Shown here piece after piece: positions 55,542 through 64,000 of a stretch of 64,000 bases of DNA. Each line of letters begins with the position of its first letter. The first letter of the stretch is position 1. The translations under genes and the position numbers were made by a program. The notes under the pieces are model-generated. The model searched no databases. It was not told where the DNA came from and saw only the letters and a list, made by a program, of their open reading frames with translations. The stretch lies in assembly GCA_019186825.1 (NCBI GenBank), contig JABARP010000007.1, positions 15,813 to 79,812 of the forward strand, read 5' to 3'. This DNA comes from Pyrinomonadaceae bacterium. GTDB taxonomy: Bacteria; Acidobacteriota; Blastocatellia; Pyrinomonadales; Pyrinomonadaceae.

Positions 55542-55973
55542 TCAGCTCGTATGGTCGAGCGTGATACGCCAGCCTTCTTTGAACTTTCGGAAAACGAGCG
55601 TGAACTTGCCGTGCGGCTCATCCTTTTGGCGCTTTAAGTGCCAGGAGCCGAGGACGATCGCGGCATCTTTTGAGAGAACGGTGATCTCAAGGTCAGAGAA
55701 GGTGAGCACGCCCATCTTTTCGCGTGTGTTGTAGCCCTTCTTGTAACGGTCGAGAGTTGCCTGCCAACCGCGGGTTACTGTGTCGCCGGAAACGAAGGTG
55801 AGCTTCTCGGAGACCCAATAGCCTTTCATATAGCCATCGATATCGCCTTTGTTCCAAGCGGCCGCCTGCTCATCCATAACTTTGCGGATGGCTGTTTCCG
55901 AAGCGGAGTTTTGACCAAACGAAGCGCCTGCCATAAGGAGAAAGATCGTTGTTCCAAATAGCAGACGCTTCAT
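55542..55973 (-). CDS. SnoaL-like/DUF4440 (NTF2-fold) protein, secreted
   Basis: AGAGGA Shine-Dalgarno-like element upstream and a signal peptide. AAWNKGDIDGYMKGYW and WRITLDH are typical of this fold family. Confidence 0.6.
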   Translation of the reverse strand: MKRLLFGTTIFLLMAGASFGQNSASETAIRKVMDEQAAAWNKGDIDGYMKGYWVSEKLTFVSGDTVTRGWQATLDRYKKGYNTREKMGVLTFSDLEITVLSKDAAIVLGSWHLKRQKDEPHGKFTLVFRKFKEGWRITLDHTS

Positions 55974-55991
55974 TTCAAAATTCCTCTTGAG

Positions 55992-56654
55992 TTAGTCTTT
56001 TTTTGATTCAGTATATGCTTTCCAAGCTTCGACGTTGGCCTTTTGCTCGTCTGTCAGGGCAATGCCCATTTTCTCGAGCGTGGCTGCGTTCAAGGTTTTT
56101 GTCTCCTTTATGCCCTTAGCCTTCTGATACTCGCCGAGGCTCGCGCGGAAAGCATCAGTGAACTTATCGTCGATCTCTCCGGCGAAAAGTTTTTCACCGA
56201 CAAGTATAGTTTTTGCAGATTTGATCTGCTCGTCAGTGGCTCGGAATGGAGCAGGCCGCTTATGTCCATCGTGTGCCGAGTTGGCACTATCCGCCTTCTT
56301 TTCCGGAGCCTTGCCAAGCTGATGATCGGTCAGCGGAATATTCATTTTCTCGAGCGTCGCTTTGTCGAACTTTCCGTTGACTTCAAGATCGTTAGCTTTC
56401 TGATAGCTGCGGATCGCCTCGCGCGTCTCGTCAGTGTACTTGCCTGTCGCCTCGCCTGTAAGAAGCTTAGCGTCGATCAGTACTTGCTGGCCGCTCTTTA
56501 CCTGGCTCTTGGTAGGCCGAAATGCCTGACCTCGCGATTTATGCTTCTCCGTTTTGGCCGTGGAAGCAGCTGTTGTGGAAGAACCCGTATCCTGAGCCGA
56601 GATGCCGACGGCAAACAGCAGGAATACGGTGAGTAGCAAACCAATTGTTTTCAT
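55992..56654 (-). CDS. Secreted protein with two peptidoglycan-binding-like (PG_binding_1) repeats
   Basis: There is an internal duplication: GKYTDETREAIRSYQKANDLEVNGKFDKATLEKMNI and DDKFTDAFRASLGEYQKAKGIKETKTLNAATLEKMGI. Confidence 0.6.
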   Translation of the reverse strand: MKTIGLLLTVFLLFAVGISAQDTGSSTTAASTAKTEKHKSRGQAFRPTKSQVKSGQQVLIDAKLLTGEATGKYTDETREAIRSYQKANDLEVNGKFDKATLEKMNIPLTDHQLGKAPEKKADSANSAHDGHKRPAPFRATDEQIKSAKTILVGEKLFAGEIDDKFTDAFRASLGEYQKAKGIKETKTLNAATLEKMGIALTDEQKANVEAWKAYTESKKD

Positions 56655-56723
56655 ATTTTGTAGTTCTGCCTTTTTTATATCGTGGTGATGCGAGAAGAAG
56701 TATCCATTGCCGCTCGCGATAAG

Positions 56724-57602
56724 TCAAGATTTAGCCGTCAAACTGGCCGCCGAAGGCCATTGTCCTGAATAAATGAACTCTGCGCTTCCGGTGATAACCA
56801 CTTCATCGTCCATGGCTCTCCATTCGACCTGTGTAATGCCGCCGGGCGAGTGAACGCTAACCTTCCGATCTGTTCTTAGCTGAAGCGCGGAAAGAACTGC
56901 GGCACCGACCGAGCACGTTCCGGAGGCGGCGGTTTCGCCTGCACCGCGTTCCCAAATGCGTATCTCGATATTCTGGCGGTCAAAGATCCGTGCGAAAACG
57001 ACATTGACGCGGCTTGGGAAGCGTTCGTGATTCTCGATCTTCGGCCCGATGGCACGCCAATCAAGTTCGAAAACCGGTACGAACATAACGGCGACGGGAT
57101 TCCCGACGTTCACGGCCGATATCGTGTAGGTCGATTCGTCCACCTGGATCGGCTCGTTGACCACTGCATCGCTTTCACGGGCAGTGATAATGGGTATCTC
57201 GCTGCTCTTAAACTTTGGTTTCCCGATCTCAGATTCAAAATCAAAATAGATATCCCGCTCGCTCTTTAAGAGCGTGAAGCTCTTCACACCGGAGCGCGTC
57301 CTCAAACGCAGGTTTTCGCCGGTTGAAAGGCCGTTCTTAACGAGGTAAGCAGCAGCGCAACGTGTTCCATTGCCAGAGAACGTCGCGATCGAGCCGTCCG
57401 GGTTGATGATCTCGCAATCGAAATCTGCGATATCGCCATCGAGTTTTGTCAAAAGAGCGACGCCATCCGCACCGGCTCCTGTGTGGCGGGCGCAAATAGA
57501 TCTGACGAAATGCGGAATGTCCTCACCTATCGCTGATGTTCGCTCGACAACTATATAGTCATTCTTAAAACCGTGAAATTTCGAAAAGGGAATATCCGTC
57601 AT
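56724..57602 (-). CDS. dapF: Diaminopimelate epimerase
   Basis: The N-terminus is FSKFHGFKNDYIV. The two catalytic Cys motifs are SGNGTRC and SGTCS. 292 aa. Confidence 0.9.
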   Translation of the reverse strand: MTDIPFSKFHGFKNDYIVVERTSAIGEDIPHFVRSICARHTGAGADGVALLTKLDGDIADFDCEIINPDGSIATFSGNGTRCAAAYLVKNGLSTGENLRLRTRSGVKSFTLLKSERDIYFDFESEIGKPKFKSSEIPIITARESDAVVNEPIQVDESTYTISAVNVGNPVAVMFVPVFELDWRAIGPKIENHERFPSRVNVVFARIFDRQNIEIRIWERGAGETAASGTCSVGAAVLSALQLRTDRKVSVHSPGGITQVEWRAMDDEVVITGSAEFIYSGQWPSAASLTAKS

Positions 57603-57650
57603 CCATGTAGTTGGGAACGTGCCCGCTTGATAATTTTTGCAGCTTGCCGG

Positions 57651-59462
57651 TCATCGTCCGCCTGCATGAACCGGGACGATCTTCAGCGTCAAAGTCTCGC
57701 TGCCGCGACGTACGACTATCTCATAAGTTTCGCCGGCCTTCATCTCGCCAAGGGCGAACATATAATCGGAGATATTACGCACCTCCTTGCCGGCAAGTTT
57801 TATCACGATATCCCCGCCCTTTACGCCCGCCTTTGCCGCAGGCGAATTATCCCGAACAGCATCCAGATGGAGTCCGTCAGAGGTCTCAGCATAATTCGGG
57901 ACCGTGCCAAGGCTTACATTGAACGCAGTGCGTGCTACCGGAGCGGACTTCGCGACCTCGTAGGTCGGGCGCGTCGCATTCGCATCCAGGGCGTTCACGA
58001 TGCGCTCGACAAATCGTACGATCTCGTACTCACCATCGTAGTTGATCTTCTCGGCAGTGTCGGACGGCTTGTGGTAGTCCGCGTGTGTGCCGGTGAAAAA
58101 GAAAAGTACAGGGATCTTTTTACCGTAGAACGATGAGTGGTCTGATGGGCCGAAACCGTCGTCATTGAGCTGTAAGTGGAAGAGCGGCTTTCCAGCATGG
58201 TCCTTGGAATATTTTTCCACCAACGCTTTCCACTCGGACGCCGTGCCCATACCGCCGATCGTCAATTTGCCTTCGTTGAGGCGGCCGACCATATCGAGAT
58301 TTATCATCGCCACTGTCTGCGCGATGGGAAAGGTCGGATGATTTACGTACCAGTTCGAGCCATATAGGCCCTCCTCCTCGCCGCTGAAGGAGATGAACAC
58401 TAACGTGCGGGCATTTTTCCCTAAATGTGCGAAGTTCCTTGCCATCTCGATGATCGCCGCGGTCCCAGAGGCATTGTCATCGGCGCCGTGATGGATCTCT
58501 GTGGAGTTCGGCGCAAGGCTACCCGAACCGCCGCGTCCCAGGTGGTCATAGTGAGCCCCGATGACGATCGCTTCGTCCTTCAGTTTCGGATCGTTGCCCT
58601 GGAGCACTCCGATGATGTTATAGGCAGGAACCGTTTTCTGAACAAGATCGACATTGAATGAAAGCGTCGAAGTCGCGGCAACATCGCCGCCGCCTTTAAT
58701 CGCATCAGCTTCGAGCTTGTCCAATCCGGCGGCATCAAGCCCCAACAACGCGACCGCACCTTTTCTTGAAATGACAAAAGTTGGTACGGCTGCCGTTCCC
58801 AGAGTCTGGTCGAAACTTAGTTTTCTCAAACGCTCATCGGCGAAGTTCTTCTCCCGTGAGATCACGATCAGGCCGGCGGCGCCATTTTCTTTTGCGATCG
58901 AAGCTTTTGTGCGCAGGTCAAAGCGGCGAAAAGGAGAGTGCGGGTCGTCGTTCGCCTGATTTCCATCAAATGCGACGACTACCTTGCCCTTTACATCGAG
59001 CCGGGCACCGTTGCGACTGTAGTCGTCGTATTTTTGATCTTTTGCGGTGATGCCGAACCCGGCGAATACCAACGGCGCATCTCCGACCTTTCCATTTGGC
59101 GAGAATCCCACAGGCGAGATCTCGAGGTCCGTCATTTTAAGATCTGAAGTGCCACGCGTTGCAGAAAATGTATTTGCGGGACCGATCTCGACATGGGTTA
59201 CGTAAGGAAATTCTTGCTTGTAGGCCTTTCCATTAACGCCCGGCTTTAAGCCGGCTGCTTTGAATTGAGCCTCGACGTAATCAGCAGCGAGATTCGCGCC
59301 TTTTGAGCCTGTGCGGCGGCCTTCGAGTTTGTCTGATGCGAGATACTCGATCGTTCTTCTAAGGCCGACCGTTTCCTTTGCCGGCTGAACGGCCTGAGCG
59401 GCGGCCGATGTGGCCACCAATGCGAAGGTCAAAAATAGGGTGCGGAGATCGAGCTTTTTCAT
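57651..59462 (-). CDS. M28-family aminopeptidase with a PA domain and a C-terminal PDZ domain
   Basis: The ATG at 59462 gives a signal peptide (MKKLDLRTLFLTFALVATSAAAQA). M28 motifs are HYDHLGRG, GADDNASGTAAIIEMAR and FSGEEEGLYGS. The PDZ-like tail is AAKAGVKGGDIVIKLAGKEV. Confidence 0.85.
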   Translation of the reverse strand: MKKLDLRTLFLTFALVATSAAAQAVQPAKETVGLRRTIEYLASDKLEGRRTGSKGANLAADYVEAQFKAAGLKPGVNGKAYKQEFPYVTHVEIGPANTFSATRGTSDLKMTDLEISPVGFSPNGKVGDAPLVFAGFGITAKDQKYDDYSRNGARLDVKGKVVVAFDGNQANDDPHSPFRRFDLRTKASIAKENGAAGLIVISREKNFADERLRKLSFDQTLGTAAVPTFVISRKGAVALLGLDAAGLDKLEADAIKGGGDVAATSTLSFNVDLVQKTVPAYNIIGVLQGNDPKLKDEAIVIGAHYDHLGRGGSGSLAPNSTEIHHGADDNASGTAAIIEMARNFAHLGKNARTLVFISFSGEEEGLYGSNWYVNHPTFPIAQTVAMINLDMVGRLNEGKLTIGGMGTASEWKALVEKYSKDHAGKPLFHLQLNDDGFGPSDHSSFYGKKIPVLFFFTGTHADYHKPSDTAEKINYDGEYEIVRFVERIVNALDANATRPTYEVAKSAPVARTAFNVSLGTVPNYAETSDGLHLDAVRDNSPAAKAGVKGGDIVIKLAGKEVRNISDYMFALGEMKAGETYEIVVRRGSETLTLKIVPVHAGGR

Positions 59463-59536
59463 GCTAAAACGGAAAACTATTCGAGAGGCTCGTGCAGCCT
59501 GTCGATCCAAAAATCAAGAACAAAGACCGAATTGGA

Positions 59537-60583
59537 CTATTCTACCCAATCGGCAATAAAAACGTTTGTGTCGCCCTGTTTTGCGGCGTTCCGATTAGAA
59601 CCGAAAACAAGCTTCTTGCCATCGGGCGAGAACATCGGGAATCCATCGAACGAATCGTTGAACGTAACGCGCTCGAGGCCCGTGCCATCGATATTAATGA
59701 TCGCAAGATCAAAATTCCTCTTCTTTGGATCAGTTGCGAAATAGTTCGTGCAGAAAATGATCCTTTTGCCGTCCGGAGTAAAATATGGAGCGAAGCTCGC
59801 AACTCCCAGGTTGGTAACTTGCCGCTTATTCGAACCATCGGCGTTCATCACCCAAACCTCAAAGACCATCGGAACGATCAGGTGCTCTTTCAGATACTGT
59901 TTGTCGCGCTCAATAAGCTTTGGATCGGTCGGATGCGAACCGCGATAGACGATCATCTTGCTGTCAGGTGAGAAAAAGGCACCGCCGTCGTAGCCCGGTT
60001 CGTGCGTAAGGCGCTTTACGTTCTTGCCGTTGGTGTCCATCGAATAGAGTTCGAGGTCGCCGTCGCGTTCGGACGTAAAGACGATCTTCTTGCCGTTCGG
60101 GCTGATCGTGGCTTCGGCGTCGTAACCGGGAGTGTCGGTCAGCTTCTTCAAGTTGCTGCCGTCGGCGTTCGCAGTGTAGATGTCGTAATCCGGATAGACG
60201 GCCCAGACGTAACCCTTCGAGAAATCAGGATTCGGGGGGCAGTCCTTTGATCCTGCGCGTGTCGAAGCATAAAGGATCTTCTTGCCGCCCTTAAAGAAAT
60301 ATGAACACGTTGTTCGGCCTTCACCGTCGGACACCTGTTTTACGTTCGATCCATCGACATTCATCGTGTAGATCTGGTCGCACTTATGTTCGTCACGCTT
60401 TGACTGAAAGATCAGGCGTTTGCCGTCCGATGAGAAGTAAGCTTCCGCGTTCTCGCCGCCAAATGTCAGCTGCTTGATATTGGCGAGATGCTTTTCGCCC
60501 GCGACCTGCAGCGATTTGGTTTGAGCCGGGAAATTGACACTAAAAACCAATAGAAAGACGAATAACAAGACAGAATACTTCAT
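59537..60583 (-). CDS. TolB-like PD40 beta-propeller repeat protein
   Basis: A signal peptide is present (MKYSVLLFVFLLVFSVNFPAQ). PD40 motifs recur: FSSDGKRLIFQS, ISPNGKKIVFTSERDGDLELY, FSPDSKMIVY, FTPDGKRIIF and FSPDGKKLVFGSNR. A GTG at 60601 is an alternative start. Confidence 0.8.
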   Translation of the reverse strand: MKYSVLLFVFLLVFSVNFPAQTKSLQVAGEKHLANIKQLTFGGENAEAYFSSDGKRLIFQSKRDEHKCDQIYTMNVDGSNVKQVSDGEGRTTCSYFFKGGKKILYASTRAGSKDCPPNPDFSKGYVWAVYPDYDIYTANADGSNLKKLTDTPGYDAEATISPNGKKIVFTSERDGDLELYSMDTNGKNVKRLTHEPGYDGGAFFSPDSKMIVYRGSHPTDPKLIERDKQYLKEHLIVPMVFEVWVMNADGSNKRQVTNLGVASFAPYFTPDGKRIIFCTNYFATDPKKRNFDLAIINIDGTGLERVTFNDSFDGFPMFSPDGKKLVFGSNRNAAKQGDTNVFIADWVE

Positions 60584-60693
60584 ATCCTTTGAATATATCA
60601 CTCGCGCCCGTGCGAGGGTGAAACCGAAAATAGCAATTCGACGAACTTTGGTTATAAGCGGAAACGTCTCAAGAGGCCGTTTCCAGGAGGCTT

Positions 60694-61554
60694 ATGACAT
60701 TTGAATCTAAAAAGGACGTCCTTGACTGGTACGAGGCTCAACCCTCAAGCGTAACTCCCGAATTCTTGTCGTCGATCAATTGGCACGAGGTGCGGCAGTA
60801 TCCCTTTGACGCGCGTCTTGTTCCGGTTCTCTTCTATATGCGCGATGTAGAGAGTTTGACGGACATGTACTATCGCGAACTTCGCCGGACGCCAACTGGT
60901 CGAGACCCGCATATCAGCAAGTTTATGGCCAGGTGGGGCGAGGAAGAACTGGTGCACGGCCAGCTTCTGGATCGCTTTCTAAATGAATTGGGCTATGAAA
61001 CCGATGAGCGATGGTATGAAGGGGTTCGCTCATCGGTCGGGAGATTCTACAAGGCTCACACCTATGCCATCACCACCCTGACCAATCTGGTTGGAAGGCG
61101 ATTCACCGGCACGCATATGATCTTCGGCGCGATCAACGAGATGACGACAGGTCAGGCATACCGCCGTCTCATGGAGAAGGCGAACCATCCAGTTCTTACG
61201 CAAATACTGCGAGCGATCCTTCGAGAGGAGTCTTTGCATACGAACTTCTACTCGCGCGTCGCCCGGCTTGAGCTGGAAAGGCAGCCGATCTCGCAGAAGT
61301 TGGCGCGTTTCGTCATCGATCATTTCTGGGAGCCGGTCGGAGGAAGCGCACTCGGGTATGTACGTTCGAACTATACGATCGCTCAACTTTTTGGCGATGA
61401 CGAAGGACGCAGGGTAATCGATTCGGCTGTTTCGAAGCGATTGAACAGCTTTCCGGGGTTTTCCGGAGTTGCGGCGATCAACAGAGCCGCTGAGAAATCC
61501 ATTCAAGCCGGAAAGATCATTCATCAAATGGAGGCGCTTTCGGCAGTCTTGTAG
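60694..61554 (+). CDS. Ferritin-like diiron-carboxylate protein (acyl-ACP desaturase / AurF-like)
   Basis: Two ExxH motifs are present in predicted helices (WGEEELVHG and LREESLHTNFY). 286 aa. Assignment to a subfamily is uncertain. Confidence 0.55.
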   Translation: MTFESKKDVLDWYEAQPSSVTPEFLSSINWHEVRQYPFDARLVPVLFYMRDVESLTDMYYRELRRTPTGRDPHISKFMARWGEEELVHGQLLDRFLNELGYETDERWYEGVRSSVGRFYKAHTYAITTLTNLVGRRFTGTHMIFGAINEMTTGQAYRRLMEKANHPVLTQILRAILREESLHTNFYSRVARLELERQPISQKLARFVIDHFWEPVGGSALGYVRSNYTIAQLFGDDEGRRVIDSAVSKRLNSFPGFSGVAAINRAAEKSIQAGKIIHQMEALSAVL

Positions 61555-62495
61555 ATCTCCACGCCGGAACTCAATTCGACCGAGAGCTGGCCATTTCCGT
61601 GAGCGTAGTCCAGATGAGCGATCGCCTCGGAAATCGCCAGAAAGCGATGCACGCCATGTCCGAATGAATCAGGGAATAGCCTTTTCGCGAGATCGAACGC
61701 GGTCGTACCGCTCCCGACCAGCGACATCACCTTTCTCTGGCGGTCGTCGATCGATCGTACATATCGATGAAAGATCTCGTCAAAATCACGGATCGGTTCG
61801 CCGTGGCCACCATAAGCGAGGGTCGGTGAAAACGACCGGATGCGTGCGAGCGAGACAAGGTACTCGGCAAGGGCGGGAAAGCGTTTCGTTCGGTCGTGCG
61901 GATCAGGCGCAAGCATTGGATTGGGCGTGATGCGCTTCAGGACGCAGTCGCCGCAGATCATCGTACGATCGGCGGCCCGAAACAGCGAGCAGGAGCCCGG
62001 TGTATGTCCCGGTGTATGTAGGACCGTGAGTGAACCGCCGTCAAATTCAAGTTCCATTTCGTCCCGGAGAGGCTTGTATTCGCTTTCGCTCAGAGAGTCC
62101 GTCAGCAAGCTGATCTCCGAATACAGCAGTTGCATCTCATCAAAAATACTCGCCGGAACGCCTCCCCGGAGCAGCAGTTCGCGATGTTCATCCTGTGCTA
62201 GTCGGCCGAACAGATGGCCGGTTTCCCACTCGTGCACAAAGATCTCGGCGTTCAACGCCTGATCACGAACCTTTTTCGCAAGGCCGCAGTGATCTTCGTG
62301 TGAATGCGTAAGAACGATCCGCCGAACGTCCTTGAATGACAAGCCCTCGCGCCCGAGTCCGTCGGCAAGAGCTTTTTCTGCCGCGGCGGTCTTCGGGCCG
62401 ACATCAATGAGAGTGATCGGGTCTTCGCGGATCAGATAAACATTGACGTCGCCGACATAGAAGGGCGTTGGGATAGAGATCGGAATTATCCGCAT
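61524..62495 (-). CDS. MBL-fold metallo-hydrolase
   Basis: The ATG is at 62495 (MRIIPISIPTPFYVGDVNVYLI). The HxHxDH motif is LTHSHEDHCG, and HTPGHTPGS lies downstream. The gene overlaps the convergent diiron gene by 31 nt. Confidence 0.8.
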   Translation of the reverse strand: MRIIPISIPTPFYVGDVNVYLIREDPITLIDVGPKTAAAEKALADGLGREGLSFKDVRRIVLTHSHEDHCGLAKKVRDQALNAEIFVHEWETGHLFGRLAQDEHRELLLRGGVPASIFDEMQLLYSEISLLTDSLSESEYKPLRDEMELEFDGGSLTVLHTPGHTPGSCSLFRAADRTMICGDCVLKRITPNPMLAPDPHDRTKRFPALAEYLVSLARIRSFSPTLAYGGHGEPIRDFDEIFHRYVRSIDDRQRKVMSLVGSGTTAFDLAKRLFPDSFGHGVHRFLAISEAIAHLDYAHGNGQLSVELSSGVEIYKTAESASI

Positions 62496-62616
62496 AATTT
62501 CAGCTGTCTCCGGCTTGCGATACCGAACATATTGTACGGCGCCTCGCAAAAACTGCTAAGCGTGTATTTTCTTTTCATAAAATTGGCACAAATGTCAGTT
62601 TTTACTTGCGTAAATC

Positions 62617-62680
62617 ACGCATTTGGAGTACAACTTCGAAAGTTAATCTTTTCTTTCAAAAACTGTTGTCGCAAATGCGT
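62617..62680 (+). other. Long imperfect hairpin in the AT-rich leader upstream of the TonB-dependent receptor
   Basis: ACGCATTTG (62617-62625) pairs with CAAATGCGT (62672-62680). Inner pairs are ACAAC/GTTGT and GAAAG/CTTTC. Confidence 0.4.
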
Positions 62681-62826
62681 TCCCTGAAGGTGACGTCCAT
62701 CTCGGGAACTTTCGCCTACACGGCCGTTCTTACGGAGCGGTGCGGACCAACAAACTCGGCGTAAGCGGCGTTCCCAAACAGATTTGAAGCTTAAAAATTC
62801 TGAGGTACATAAGGAGACACACTCAA

Positions 62827-64000
62827 ATGACCCCATATCCGTCCAGAGCCTTTCAGACGGCGGTACGTATTTTTGCATCTGCGTTCGCAGTTTGCATGTT
62901 CACCGCGGCTGTTTTTTCCCAGACGCAATCGACCGCTGCGGACCTTTCCGGCACCGTCGTCGACCCTAACGGAGCGGTTGTCGCAGGAGCAACGGTTACC
63001 GCAAAACAGATCGCGACGGGAGTATCCCGAACAACCGTCAGCAAATCCGATGGTTCTTACCAGCTTATCGGCCTGCCCGCCGGCCAGTACGAAGTCTCGG
63101 CAGAGGCACCAAGCTTCAAAAAGGTCGTTATTTCGCCCGTTAGACTTACGGTCGGGCAGGCGGCAGACCTTACGGTCAAGCTCGAGATCGGAACGCCTGA
63201 TGCGGTCGTTACCGTTTCGGGAAGCGATGCCGAACTCGTCGAAACGACCCGCACGACCGTATCGAACACGATCGAGCAGGTTCGCATTGAGAACCTTCCG
63301 ATCAATGAACGTAGTGCGACCGGGTTTGCCCTGACGATCTCAACCGTTGGACGTGACAATGGCCGGCCGATCGGACCTGCTCCGACCTCCGGATTGAACA
63401 TCGGCGGCCAGCGCGGACGTTCAACGCTTGTGCAGGTGGACGGCGCAGATTTTACCGATAATTCGATCAATGCTGCACGCACGACCGTCTCAATGGAAGC
63501 CGTACAGGAATATCAGGTTACGACGAACTCCTATATGCCGGAATTTGGACGTGCGACGGGCGGCATCGTGAACGTCGTGACAAAACGCGGCGGTAATCAT
63601 TTTCACGGAAACGTTTTCGGTTTCATCCGCGACAAGAGCATACAGGCTCGCAATGCGTTCGCTCCGATAATTGACGGCGACCCGAAAAAGAAGCCGGCAT
63701 ACACTCGAACTCAATACGGCGGGACATTCGGCGGCCCGATCGCACGCGATCGCTCCTTCTTCTTCGTCTCGGTCGAACGTCGTGCTCGTCACGAGTCAGG
63801 CTTCTTTACCGGTGATATTGTGGGCGGAGCTACATCAAGCGTAACGATCGGCGCTCCGTTCCTGCCTGTTTCGCAGACCTTCAATGGCCTGACGGCCGCT
63901 CAGGCAGCGTTCATTCAGGCGACGCTTGCAACCAGCCCATCCCAGGCCATCGCGTATGCACAGCTCGCGTCGACCGGAACTCAGACGGCTCTTAACGGCA
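62827..64000 (+). CDS. TonB-dependent receptor with an N-terminal CarboxypepD_reg-like domain, 3' end cut by the window edge
   Basis: This gene is not in the ORF track because no stop is reached. The ATG at 62827 follows an AAGGAG element. The signal peptide is RIFASAFAVCMFTAAVFSQ. The Carboxypeptidase-regulatory-like domain is LSGTVVDPNGAVVAGATVTAKQIATGVSRTTVSKSDGSYQLIGLPAGQYEV. Plug motifs are IGGQRGRSTLVQVDGADFTD and GGIVNVVTKRG. The frame is open to base 64000. Confidence 0.85.
   Translation, partial: MTPYPSRAFQTAVRIFASAFAVCMFTAAVFSQTQSTAADLSGTVVDPNGAVVAGATVTAKQIATGVSRTTVSKSDGSYQLIGLPAGQYEVSAEAPSFKKVVISPVRLTVGQAADLTVKLEIGTPDAVVTVSGSDAELVETTRTTVSNTIEQVRIENLPINERSATGFALTISTVGRDNGRPIGPAPTSGLNIGGQRGRSTLVQVDGADFTDNSINAARTTVSMEAVQEYQVTTNSYMPEFGRATGGIVNVVTKRGGNHFHGNVFGFIRDKSIQARNAFAPIIDGDPKKKPAYTRTQYGGTFGGPIARDRSFFFVSVERRARHESGFFTGDIVGGATSSVTIGAPFLPVSQTFNGLTAAQAAFIQATLATSPSQAIAYAQLASTGTQTALNG

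Noticed and set aside
62873-63334. ORF 62873..63334 (153 aa) from the track.
   Set aside because: It is the wrong frame. Frame 1 from the ATG at 62827 gives a textbook signal peptide, a CarboxypepD_reg domain and a TonB-receptor plug, and it stays open to the window end.

Overview
The window is a GC-rich chromosomal segment that looks like an Acidobacteriota-type genome. This placement is an inference from three things: a VWFA protein of the acidobacterial type, a CarboxypepD_reg-type TonB-dependent receptor, and a short two-gene egtB-egtD ergothioneine cluster. It is gene dense and mostly housekeeping. It contains tamB (5' partial) and an Omp85/BamA gene, mdh, ispH, coaX, birA, egtD, egtB, leuS, an E2 acyltransferase, nadE, ctaA, tlyA, myo-inositol-1-phosphate synthase, a GH57 branching enzyme with its DUF4912 partner, a GT9 heptosyltransferase, dapF, one tRNA-Leu(UAA) and a 3'-partial TonB-dependent receptor. 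I saw no rRNA, CRISPR array, transposase, integrase, prophage or recognisable defence system. The most unusual items are: (1) a divergent pair of secreted proteases, one an S8 subtilase with a catalytically dead Clp/Hsp100 NBD1-like module and a C-terminal [GS]DGV[LI][VI] hexapeptide array; (2) a LysW-like zinc-ribbon protein whose tail lacks the canonical EDWGE end; (3) a stand-alone single-ring ClpA/ClpC-D2-like AAA+ protein with an IGF loop; (4) a RecA2-only Ski2/HelY-like helicase fragment whose start overlaps the coaX stop; (5) an HD-GYP/GAF/GGDEF hybrid plus two more c-di-GMP enzymes; (6) a methyltransferase split by a G9 homopolymer inside an AT-rich islet; (7) an intergenic repeat family (AATGCAC octamer arrays and CTTTGCG/CGCAAAG palindromic units) next to tRNA-Leu and just after leuS. 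All functional calls come from reading the translated ORFs and recalling family motifs. No database search was run.
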